From the IMG/VR virus record IMGVR_UViG_2634166457_000014: DNA of 6,454 nucleotides; one strand, written 5' to 3'. Under the pieces are notes generated by a model. It was given only the letters and a program-made list of their open reading frames with translations. It was not told the DNA's origin and ran no database searches. The translations under genes and the position numbers were made by a program. Shown here piece after piece: positions 1-6,454 of this stretch. This DNA is from a virus. Taxonomy: Duplodnaviria > Heunggongvirae > Uroviricota > Caudoviricetes. Every line of letters begins with the position of its first letter. The first letter of the stretch is position 1.

Positions 1-71
1 TTTCTGCTGTTACCGGTGCAGACGAAATACATAATTTTCGTCAGTTGCGAACGCTCAAAATTAGAGGACAT
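1..71 (-). CDS. 5' end of a downstream late gene (N-terminal 23 codons, MSSNFERSQLTKIMYFVCTGNSR...); product unknown, by position possibly the next tail gene
   Basis: ATG at 71..69 preceded by AGGAG about 7 nt upstream (minus-strand TTTTCAGGAGACGAGT-ATG). The frame is open to the window edge. Too short to assign a family. Confidence 0.35.
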   Translation of the reverse strand, partial: MSSNFERSQLTKIMYFVCTGNSR

Positions 72-85
72 ACTCGTCTCCTGAA

Positions 86-118
86 AATAAAAAAACCCGA
101 CCAGCGGCGGGTGGGTAA
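86..118 (-). terminator. Candidate rho-independent terminator between the DUF3168-like gene and the next gene
   Basis: Minus strand reads CACCCGCC-GCTG-GTCGGGT followed by TTTTTTTATTTT (the + strand A-run at 89-95). The GC-rich stem is about 6-7 bp with one mismatch or bulge. It lies in the 61-nt gap between the stop at 133 and the ATG at 71. Confidence 0.35.
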
Positions 119-132
119 AATCATTAACGACC

Positions 133-477
133 TCAGGCTATTACCTGAAATTCAAGCGTGGCTCTGCTCAGACGGGAATCAGGATCATAACCCTGAGTTT
201 TAGAAATAACGGAGGGTACAAGTTGCCTTACCGCATCAAGCGCCTGTTCTCGGATATCATCTGCGTCATCAGGCACCGTTGCCCAGACATCGATCTGCAC
301 GGTAATTCTGGATTCAGCCTGACCATCAAGCACATCAGACGCCGTGTCAGACACCACAGAAAACACCAGCCACGGCGGAAATACCGCAGGCTTTCCCTCC
401 GTCAGCGGGACCACATAAGGATAAACCTGTCCTCCGGCCAGCGGAGACAGCAGGGAATACAGTGTGGCCTCTCTCAT
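133..477 (-). CDS. DUF3168-family phage protein (putative tail completion / tail terminator-like), 114 aa
   Basis: ORF with ATG at 477..475 overlapping the upstream stop (ATGA). The N-terminal pattern ATLYSLLS...GGQVYPYVVP...RITVQIDVWA resembles the DUF3168 signature (ALYALL...RIYP...RVQVDxW). Its position after the gp10-like gene is typical. Confidence 0.7.
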   Translation of the reverse strand: MREATLYSLLSPLAGGQVYPYVVPLTEGKPAVFPPWLVFSVVSDTASDVLDGQAESRITVQIDVWATVPDDADDIREQALDAVRQLVPSVISKTQGYDPDSRLSRATLEFQVIA

Positions 478-920
478 TTACTTAAGACCTCATCAATAGC
501 CTGATTCATTCGCTGTATGGCAATCTGTGCTGCCAGTTCCTCTGTCGTATCGAACGCCAGGCGAATGAACGGATGCGCGGGCATGTTTATCGTTCCCAGC
601 TCCACAAAGCGCCAGTAAAACGCATTTCGGGGATCGCTGGCTTTCATGCTGTTATCACTGTTTCCGGTTCGCAGGTTCCGTCCACGAATGTGGACACCCG
701 AGATAATTTCCCCCCGACGCTTTGAACGCTGCGTGAGAACAACCACATTTTTCTTCAGTTTCCCGGTTCGCTCCGGCGCACGTTCAACAACTGCATCCCG
801 CATCACTTCAGCACCGGCACGGGTAGCATCGCGCAGAACCTTATTGTTTTCTGCCCTGCTGAGCGTCTCCAGAACCCGTGCAATATCCGCCAGGCCGGAA
901 AAATCAAGACTGAAATCCAT
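474..920 (-). CDS. HK97 gp10-family phage protein (head-tail joining / tail component), ~148 aa
   Basis: Contains the MPAHPFIRLAF motif characteristic of the HK97 gp10-like family. The track start at 923 is a GTG; the adjacent ATG at 920..918 overlaps the TGA of the upstream gene (GTGATGGA), so the start is 920 or 923. Confidence 0.8.
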   Translation of the reverse strand: MDFSLDFSGLADIARVLETLSRAENNKVLRDATRAGAEVMRDAVVERAPERTGKLKKNVVVLTQRSKRRGEIISGVHIRGRNLRTGNSDNSMKASDPRNAFYWRFVELGTINMPAHPFIRLAFDTTEELAAQIAIQRMNQAIDEVLSK

Positions 921-1258
921 CACACATTCCCCTTCAGGCTGCAGAGTATTTCAAGCCGGGTGGCGCGTGCATCCGGTATTGGTGGCCCTTCTATACCCAG
1001 AATGGCTCCTTTAAATGCACCGGTCAGCACTTTCAGACGTGAAGTCGCTGTCACATCGCGCCGAAATCGCATCCAGACTCTGACCGTAGCCTGAGCGGTT
1101 TCTGCACCTCCTGATATTCTCTCCCTCCCGCTGATCCCCTTAACTTCTGCCCATACGGTTGCCCCCTCCGTCATTGTCTCCACCGGATGCCCTGACGGAG
1201 AACGGACGGTGGTGACATTCAGAATAGTTACGCGATCACGTAATCTGCCCGCCTGCAT
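920..1258 (-). CDS. Phage head-tail adaptor / head closure protein (Phage_H_T_join-like), 112 aa
   Basis: N-terminus MQAGRLRDRVTI...TVWAEV...RVWMRFRRDV matches the conserved pattern of head-tail joining proteins. A strong RBS (AGGAGG) lies 5 nt upstream of the ATG at 1258. Confidence 0.8.
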   Translation of the reverse strand: MQAGRLRDRVTILNVTTVRSPSGHPVETMTEGATVWAEVKGISGRERISGGAETAQATVRVWMRFRRDVTATSRLKVLTGAFKGAILGIEGPPIPDARATRLEILCSLKGNV

Positions 1259-1266
1259 GGTTCCTC

Positions 1267-1584
1267 CTACAAAGGAATAAAACGATAAGGCTCCAGCAGA
1301 GAAGAAAAACCAAACGGGACTGGTGCCTTACTGACATCTGAGGAATTTTCCCGGTTTTCGTACCAGTGCCCGACCAGCAACATGAGCGCCAGCAAAACAT
1401 CATCAGCTATAAGCACCCCTTCAGGATCACTCTCTGGCACCGTCTCCTCATAAAGCTTACGGTTGATAAAATTTTCTGCCTTGCGGCAGGCAGCCCGGAA
1501 ATACAGCATCAGTAACTCATCATCAGTTGCATCATCTGTATCAATACGGCACTGCGCCCTGAGTTTTTCAACTATTGCTGCCAT
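1267..1584 (-). CDS. gp6-like head-tail connector protein (Phage_connect_1-like), ~105 aa
   Basis: IVEKLRAQCRIDTDDATDDELLMLYFRAACRKAENFINRKL fits the gp6-like connector pattern (hydrophobic-x-LEEAKAHLRID-acidic-DDELI). The preferred start is ATG 1584..1582, which has GGAG 7 nt upstream. The alternative start at 1629 overlaps the capsid stop (TAATG). Confidence 0.75.
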   Translation of the reverse strand: MAAIVEKLRAQCRIDTDDATDDELLMLYFRAACRKAENFINRKLYEETVPESDPEGVLIADDVLLALMLLVGHWYENRENSSDVSKAPVPFGFSSLLEPYRFIPL

Positions 1585-1628
1585 CAGAAACTCCTGCCCG
1601 CAACACTGTGCGGGCATAAAAAACTGCA

Positions 1629-2855
1629 TTACGCAGCGGCTTTCTGGCGGGTTGCAGCACCGATCTTCATCAGCTTAATCGCCTGAGAATCCACCAGCAT
1701 ACCGCCGGTTCGTTTGGTGGTATAAAAGCCCACAAACGGTTTGTTGGTGTAAGGATCGCGCAGGATACGGGTGCCGATACGATCAACGATGGTATAGCCG
1801 CGTTTGAAGTTACCAAACGCAATGGCTTTTGCATCGGCAGCAATATCCGGCATCTGCTCATTTTCAACGATGCCATACCCTGCCAGAGAAGAAGGCTGAC
1901 CCAGCTCAATGCCCGGACGCCACAGATAATTTCCGTCGTTATCCTTCAGCAGACGAATGGCAAACAGGCTGCTGTTGTTCATCATAAACTTCGCGCCGCT
2001 GCGGTGCGCCTTGCGCAGGGTGTAAATCAGTTTAATGATCGCATCAGCGGTCACGCCAGAAGCCGCACCGGAAGCAATGTGCTGAAGTTTGCCAAACGCA
2101 CGGGTCTTGTCATCTTCATCAGTGGACTCATAAGCCAGAAAACCTTTTGGTTTTTTGCTGCCGTCGCCACTGGTAAAGGCAATTTCTTCCTGTTCGGCAA
2201 ATTCCAGCGCCAGCTCACTGTTGATCCAGTCTTCCACATTGAAGAAAGCATCATCGAGCATTTTCTGGGTAGCCTGCGGGTTGCCGTAGATTTCCCCCAT
2301 AAAGGGTTCAATCAGCCCCAGTTTTGAGGTGGCGGTTTCCGGACGCGTATCCGTTTCCCCCACCCATCCGGACTTAGTGCCGCCCAGATTCACCAGTTTT
2401 TTATAATCCGAGCCACCGAGGGTGATCACAGTGGCTTCCTGGCGCATCACCACCTCATCTTTCAGCAGCGTCAGAATGGTGCGATCCAGTTCTTCCGGAA
2501 TGGCATAACCACCATCTTCATCATTGCCCACCTGCAGCGCCTTACGCTCAAGCTCACGCAGACCGTCTTCACGCCCCTTGCGCATAAATCCGATAAACGC
2601 TTCTTTATGCTCACTGGCAACTTTATTTTGCGTGCCACCTGCCGGACGCTTGACTTCAGCCAGTTCAGCCTCAAGATCGTTTTTGAGATTTTCCAGCTCA
2701 GCCAGTTTTTCGTTGAGAGTTTCCACTTCTCCGGCAAGTTTTCCCTTTTCCTGCTCGATCGCGTCGATACGTTTGTCGTTTTTTGCCTTAAAATCGTCAA
2801 ACTTCTGCTGCAAATCCTGCGCGACCTGTTCCACGTCTTTAATATCAACAGCCAT
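1629..2855 (-). CDS. Major capsid protein, HK97 family, with N-terminal coiled-coil (delta/scaffold-like) region, 408 aa
   Basis: 408-aa ORF directly downstream of the protease, with AGGAGT 6 nt before the ATG. The first ~75 residues are E/K/L/A-rich heptad-like sequence (KLAGEVETLNEKLAELENLKNDLEAELAEV), followed by a globular domain typical of HK97-type capsids (GGYAIPEE..., ...LWRPGIELG...). No separate scaffold gene is present. Confidence 0.92.
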   Translation of the reverse strand: MAVDIKDVEQVAQDLQQKFDDFKAKNDKRIDAIEQEKGKLAGEVETLNEKLAELENLKNDLEAELAEVKRPAGGTQNKVASEHKEAFIGFMRKGREDGLRELERKALQVGNDEDGGYAIPEELDRTILTLLKDEVVMRQEATVITLGGSDYKKLVNLGGTKSGWVGETDTRPETATSKLGLIEPFMGEIYGNPQATQKMLDDAFFNVEDWINSELALEFAEQEEIAFTSGDGSKKPKGFLAYESTDEDDKTRAFGKLQHIASGAASGVTADAIIKLIYTLRKAHRSGAKFMMNNSSLFAIRLLKDNDGNYLWRPGIELGQPSSLAGYGIVENEQMPDIAADAKAIAFGNFKRGYTIVDRIGTRILRDPYTNKPFVGFYTTKRTGGMLVDSQAIKLMKIGAATRQKAAA

Positions 2856-2868
2856 TATTTACTCCTGA

Positions 2869-3519
2869 TTAAAAAGTAAGATTTTTCAGTGCATTCAGTG
2901 CGGCATCCACATCCTCAGCATCACGCAGGGATAAAGCGCCATATCCCCCGGCCATGAATGCTTTGGCCTGGGTTCGCGAAAGTCCAACATCGCGCAGGAC
3001 CCGCTCAATAATTTTCTGATCAGGGATCTCCCCACGCGCCAGCGCATTTTTCACATCGCTGATGCGAGCCTCATCATTGGAAGGAAACGTCACCAGACTG
3101 ACCTCCCACAGGTCGATCTCTTTCAGCAGGAATACCCCTTTTTCACGGTCGTACTCCCAGTCTTTCAGGATGTAGCCAATAGAAAGGCCGGTTAAAGAAC
3201 CGGCCTTCATATGAGCATGTGCACGTTTTGCCAGAGGATCATCATCAACGAGTAATCGCCCCCTGACATAAAGCCCGACATCATCTTCTTTCATTTCGGT
3301 GTACACACCGATGGGCTCATCCATGCGGTGCTGCCAGAGCAACGCAGGCAGCGCCTTTTTTTCGCTCCATTTCTGGAGCGTTGTGGTAAAGGCACCGGGG
3401 ACCACCACATCATCGTGGCTGTCCTTAACACCAAAAACAGAACCGTAACCTTCAAATTCCCCGGAATCACTGACGGATTTCAGGTTCAGCGGTATATCAA
3501 GACGCTGTTTTGTCTGCAT
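2869..3519 (-). CDS. Prohead maturation protease, HK97 family (peptidase S78-like), 216 aa (226 aa if started at 3549)
   Basis: Sits between portal and capsid. Motifs such as GYGSVFGVKDSHDDVVVPGAF and AGSLTGLSIGY are typical of HK97-type prohead proteases. ATG 3519..3517 has AAGGAGAGTGGAG upstream, whereas the track start at 3549 lacks an RBS. The gene overlaps the portal 3' end. Confidence 0.88.
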   Translation of the reverse strand: MQTKQRLDIPLNLKSVSDSGEFEGYGSVFGVKDSHDDVVVPGAFTTTLQKWSEKKALPALLWQHRMDEPIGVYTEMKEDDVGLYVRGRLLVDDDPLAKRAHAHMKAGSLTGLSIGYILKDWEYDREKGVFLLKEIDLWEVSLVTFPSNDEARISDVKNALARGEIPDQKIIERVLRDVGLSRTQAKAFMAGGYGALSLRDAEDVDAALNALKNLTF

Positions 3520-4738
3520 CTCCACTCTCCTTTTTCTTACCGTTGTCATCGCCAGCAGAGGGACTGGTGGTCATGTTCATCGGTGTCAGATACACATCAC
3601 CGCCCGGGCGAGGATTCATATCCTCCAGATCACGGCAGTCATTAGGGGAATAAATCCCCCAGTTGATCCCCGTGGCATACGCTTCAAAGCGGGATTTCAT
3701 GTCGCCACGCAACAATGCTCCGGCATTAAATTTGGCGTAAAACCTCCCCTGTTTGCTCTCCCTGACCAGCCCTGTATTAATCCGCTGTTCAATACGGGTC
3801 AGATACGGCACAAGGGAATAATTAATGAAACCAAGCCCCAGCTCTTCAATATTGTTGAAGGTGGCGCGATCGGTGTTCTGCACCATATGCAGCGGCACGC
3901 GGAACAGGCGACAGATTTCTTCCAGCTGAAACTTGCGGGTTTCCAGGAACTGGCTGTCCTCGGCATTCAGTGCCACCGTTTTCCAGTCCAGCCCCATTTC
4001 CAGAATCATCGGACGATGAGAATTTCCCAGCCCGACATGCCGTTCCTCAAAGTCCTTTTTGATACGCGCATAAGCCTGATCAGAAAGTTGTTGATCCGTA
4101 CGCAACACACCGGATGTCACCGCGCCGTTACCAAACAGCCTGGCGCCGTGCTCCTCAGTTGCCGCTGCCAGTGAAATGGCCTCACGCGCATACGCAATGG
4201 GATTCAGCCCGACCAGTCCGTCCAGCGTCAGAGTGCGCACATGCCAGATTTCATCCTGGGTCAACACATCCACGGAACCATCCGGAAACGTCACCTGATA
4301 AACCGGCTGCCACTGGCTGTTCAGTTTCGGCTCCACACAGCCCGGATCAATCGGAAGAAGCTCCACCACTTCCCCCAGAGCCTTCACTTTGTAGGCGTAA
4401 AAATTACCCCGCAGGCACAGGCAGACGATAACCAGCTCCCAGAATTCCTGCGGCGTCATGTAGCCATTGGGTTTTGCCGAAACCAGCTTATGCAGTCGTT
4501 CATCCACTGCCCGTGTTTTAAGAGTGCCGGTGATTTTGTAGAGGCTGCAGGGCAGCATACCAACAGACTCCGCCAGCACCCTGACGCAGGAATACACCGC
4601 CGTCAGTCGCATGGCCCGCTGGCTGCTGATCCGCTTTCCGGTATAGGTGTCGTATGACAATCCCAGTTCTTCCGCAAGCATCCCGGGCGTTGTGACGGGA
4701 GTGTTATTTTTGCGCTGAAAAAGCCCCTGGAAAAACAT
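3497..4738 (-). CDS. Portal protein, HK97 family, 413 aa
   Basis: 413-aa ORF immediately upstream of the protease, with an acidic C-terminal tail and the size and content of Phage_portal family proteins. GGAGGTGA lies 5 nt upstream of the ATG at 4738. Confidence 0.92.
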   Translation of the reverse strand: MFFQGLFQRKNNTPVTTPGMLAEELGLSYDTYTGKRISSQRAMRLTAVYSCVRVLAESVGMLPCSLYKITGTLKTRAVDERLHKLVSAKPNGYMTPQEFWELVIVCLCLRGNFYAYKVKALGEVVELLPIDPGCVEPKLNSQWQPVYQVTFPDGSVDVLTQDEIWHVRTLTLDGLVGLNPIAYAREAISLAAATEEHGARLFGNGAVTSGVLRTDQQLSDQAYARIKKDFEERHVGLGNSHRPMILEMGLDWKTVALNAEDSQFLETRKFQLEEICRLFRVPLHMVQNTDRATFNNIEELGLGFINYSLVPYLTRIEQRINTGLVRESKQGRFYAKFNAGALLRGDMKSRFEAYATGINWGIYSPNDCRDLEDMNPRPGGDVYLTPMNMTTSPSAGDDNGKKKESGDADKTAS

Positions 4739-4920
4739 TACTCACCTCCGGAGGCGACCCGGTGACCGCGATCGAGATAACGCGCAACCAGCCACGACCA
4801 GCACAGGCACAGCGCCCCGGCAACAACAAAACCTGCCGGGGGATAAATCAGCCATGCGCCATACGACAGCAAAAGCGCCCCCAGCACGCCCACCAGTGGC
4901 GTGAGAATTATCAGAAACAT
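4738..4920 (-). CDS. Small hydrophobic protein, 60 aa, two predicted transmembrane helices; function unknown
   Basis: ATG 4920..4918 with GAGGG 5-6 nt upstream, starting 11 nt after the terminase TAA. Its TAA overlaps the portal ATG (TAATG). The sequence [48 protein letters not shown] has a charged C-terminus ([11 protein letters not shown]). Codon usage is CTG-rich like the neighbours. Confidence 0.6.
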   Translation of the reverse strand: MFLIILTPLVGVLGALLLSYGAWLIYPPAGFVVAGALCLCWSWLVARYLDRGHRVASGGE

Positions 4921-4931
4921 AATGCCCTCGG

Positions 4932-6269
4932 TTAAAGCGAGCGGATACCAACACTAATCAGGTGTTCAGACAGATCCGGCTCCGGTTCACCGCCATTGAC
5001 CAGCATCCGGCTCATTGCTGTAAACATCGCAACAGGGCCGTCGATTTTGGCTTCCGGCGTGGATTTATTCGGGAAGATATTGTCGTTTTTGTCCGGTTTC
5101 ACCGTAACGTTAGACATCATCCAGTTCATGACCGGGTGATTGCTGTGGTGAAAACGCCCGGCATAGACCAGCGATTCCGTTTCCTTCATGGCCTCTGACA
5201 GATTGCGAACCGTCTGCGGAACTTCCACCAGCGGTATCCCTTCTTCAGCCAGCGCCAGACTGAACTGCATTGCACTCCACGGGTCAAATCCCAGTTCCCT
5301 GAGGTTTTCACCACCAATCCATTCCAGTAAATCACTTCTTATCTGAGCATGATCGATAACATCACCATCCGTCAGGATGAGCTTATCCATCTCCGCCCAT
5401 TTCCGGTAAAGCTCCGCCATCTGCCGCGAGCACCGCTCCAGTCGCCCTTCCGGAAGCCAGAATTTAAAATCGGCATGAACATGCTCGTTATCCGTTCGCC
5501 AGAGTTTTGCCGCCGCACAGATATCAATCTTATGAGCAAGGTCGACGCCGACCCACATGGGATACGTTTTCAGCTCATGCTGTGGAGCGATGTATTCGCA
5601 CTTCTCCCACTTAATCATGTCCATCCAGGCCGATTCGGCAGTGACCCACACATTCATGTGTTTGGTGAAAAAATTCACCCGCGCCGAGACCTGCTCCTTC
5701 GCTTTTTTCGCCAGACGACGCAGATCATCCCAGCGTTTACAGATGCCCAGGCCCGGATTCGCTTTCTGCCAGACCGTTTCATCAAACGGATCATCTCCCT
5801 CATCGAGCGTGTAAATAATCGCAAAGTAGGAGTCGTCTTTTACCGCGCCCTCCACGTCGCTGTTATAGCCTCGCAATACCTTAATGGCGTAATCACGTTG
5901 CTCGTAACAAATCCCTTCCTTGTTAAAGCCCGCCGTGGTGATACCAAATAACAGGGACTGCAGACGGGCACCGGTTGCCGTTTCCAGAACGTCCCACACG
6001 TCGCGGGTTTTATGTGCATGCAACTCATCAATAATGGCGCAGTGGATGTTCAGACCGTCCAGGTTGTTTGCATCCGAGGAAAGCGGTTCAAATTTTGATG
6101 CGCTCTGCTCCTGGTAAATCGCCAGCTTGTTGAAATCAAACAACCGCCCGAGTGTCGACCGGGCTTTTCTGACCATATTTTTGGCGTCTTCAAACACGAT
6201 TCTGGCCTGGTCACGCGTGGTTGCGGCTGAATACACCTCAGCACCGCCTTCACCATCTGCCCCCGTCAT
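4932..6269 (-). CDS. Terminase large subunit, C-terminal ~445 aa (end of ATPase domain with Walker B-like IIDELH, plus nuclease domain); frame-disrupted relative to its N-terminal part
   Basis: The translation starts with [28 protein letters not shown] and carries ...[18 protein letters not shown]..., typical of the Terminase_1 family downstream of the P-loop. The Walker A segment is found in a different frame upstream (6271..6454). Confidence 0.88.
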   Translation of the reverse strand: MTGADGEGGAEVYSAATTRDQARIVFEDAKNMVRKARSTLGRLFDFNKLAIYQEQSASKFEPLSSDANNLDGLNIHCAIIDELHAHKTRDVWDVLETATGARLQSLLFGITTAGFNKEGICYEQRDYAIKVLRGYNSDVEGAVKDDSYFAIIYTLDEGDDPFDETVWQKANPGLGICKRWDDLRRLAKKAKEQVSARVNFFTKHMNVWVTAESAWMDMIKWEKCEYIAPQHELKTYPMWVGVDLAHKIDICAAAKLWRTDNEHVHADFKFWLPEGRLERCSRQMAELYRKWAEMDKLILTDGDVIDHAQIRSDLLEWIGGENLRELGFDPWSAMQFSLALAEEGIPLVEVPQTVRNLSEAMKETESLVYAGRFHHSNHPVMNWMMSNVTVKPDKNDNIFPNKSTPEAKIDGPVAMFTAMSRMLVNGGEPEPDLSEHLISVGIRSL

Positions 6270-6270
6270 A

Positions 6271-6454
6271 CTACAGGCCGATACCCGATGACAGGGTTGA
6301 TTTTGCGTTTTTACGGGCGACTTCGTTGTACGCCGTCCGGAACCGGCGCACCATCACCGGGCGTCCGCTGCCATCGCTGCGCATGACAACTTCCCCGGTA
6401 TCTTCATTCACCAGCGGAATGACAAAACCAAAAATATTAATGAGGATAAATACA
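6271..6454 (-). pseudogene. Terminase large subunit N-terminal fragment (contains Walker A-like segment), 5'-partial in window, terminated by in-frame TAG at 6273..6271
   Basis: Manual translation of the minus strand in the frame with codons starting at 6453 gives VFILINIFGFVIPLVNEDTGEVVMRSDGSGRPVMVRRFRTAYNEVARKNAKSTLSSGIGL*. This is P-loop-like and colinear with the downstream terminase ORF, but shifted by one nucleotide. Confidence 0.6.

Larger units (their letters stand above)
1..6454. mobile_element. Prophage/phage late region: HK97-like head morphogenesis and head-tail joining module (partial element, continues beyond both window ends)
   Basis: Contiguous same-strand array of terminase, portal, S78-type protease, HK97-fold capsid, gp6-like, adaptor, gp10-like and DUF3168-like genes with overlapping start/stop codons. 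Gene order matches the HK97 paradigm (established knowledge). Confidence 0.85.

Noticed and set aside
223-504. 93-aa plus-strand ORF, highly basic (R/H/K-rich)
   Set aside because: It is antisense to the DUF3168-like gene, its composition is typical of a shadow frame, and it has no start context.
2640-2830. Short repeated nucleotide motifs (gccagtt / tttcc) that could suggest a repeat array
   Set aside because: They lie inside the capsid coding frame and reflect heptad-repeat coiled-coil coding; they are not spaced like CRISPR repeats or any non-coding repeat.
1670-2848. Minus-strand alternative-frame ORFs inside the capsid gene (1670..1909, 2051..2311, 2471..2848)
   Set aside because: They are internal out-of-frame ORFs within the major capsid gene, with no independent start signals.
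646-2879. Plus-strand ORFs opposite the gp10-like, adaptor, connector and capsid genes (646..1014, 1463..1678, 2004..2327, 2524..2868, 2607..2879)
   Set aside because: They are antisense shadows of confidently assigned structural genes; their low-complexity S/R/F-rich translations reflect the coiled-coil coding repeats on the opposite strand.
3328-4657. Several plus-strand ORFs (3328..3645, 3887..4174, 4114..4431, 4241..4657) opposite portal and protease
   Set aside because: All are antisense to the strongly supported portal and protease genes, lack RBS and domain-like sequence, and are most likely spurious.
4742-4954. 70-aa minus-strand ORF in an alternative frame overlapping the small membrane ORF and the terminase 3' end
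   Set aside because: It overlaps the terminase C-terminus and the better-supported 60-aa ORF, has no RBS, and gives a Gly/Arg/Cys-rich low-complexity translation.
5349-5951. 200-aa plus-strand ORF (Arg-rich) inside the terminase region
   Set aside because: It is entirely antisense to a well-supported terminase coding frame. It has no RBS and no recognisable motifs, and its Arg/His-rich composition is typical of antisense shadow ORFs.
5840-6256. Minus-strand alternative-frame ORFs inside the terminase gene (5840..6031, 6050..6256)
   Set aside because: They are out of frame with the terminase and show no motif or RBS support.
6274-6353. Possibility that the terminase frame change is a programmed +1 ribosomal frameshift
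   Set aside because: The required shift is +1 and would have to occur just before the TAG at 6273. I found no prfB-like CUU-stop slippery context or stimulatory SD at that site, so a mutation or a sequencing error is more parsimonious.
1-6454. Search for tRNA, CRISPR array, integrase/transposase or a defence-system gene cluster
   Set aside because: No sizeable non-coding interval, no regularly spaced direct repeats, and no ORF with recombinase, nuclease-helicase or other defence-like motifs were seen. All large ORFs are accounted for by head and joining genes.

Overview
This window is a tightly packed late-gene block of an HK97-like tailed phage or prophage, with every gene on the minus strand. 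Reading 5'->3' on the minus strand (window end to window start): large terminase (N-terminus lies beyond position 6454; its reading frame is broken at ~6271), a 60-aa hydrophobic ORF, portal, prohead protease, major capsid protein with an N-terminal coiled-coil (delta-like) region, gp6-like head-tail connector, head-tail adaptor, HK97 gp10-like protein, DUF3168-like protein, a candidate intrinsic terminator, and the first 23 codons of the next gene. Family assignments come from motifs I recognise in the supplied translations and from gene order; no database search was run. Codon usage and Shine-Dalgarno sites look enterobacterial (inference). I see no CRISPR array, tRNA, transposase or multi-gene defence system here. 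The only elements not explained by canonical head genes are the small membrane ORF wedged between terminase and portal and the broken terminase frame.
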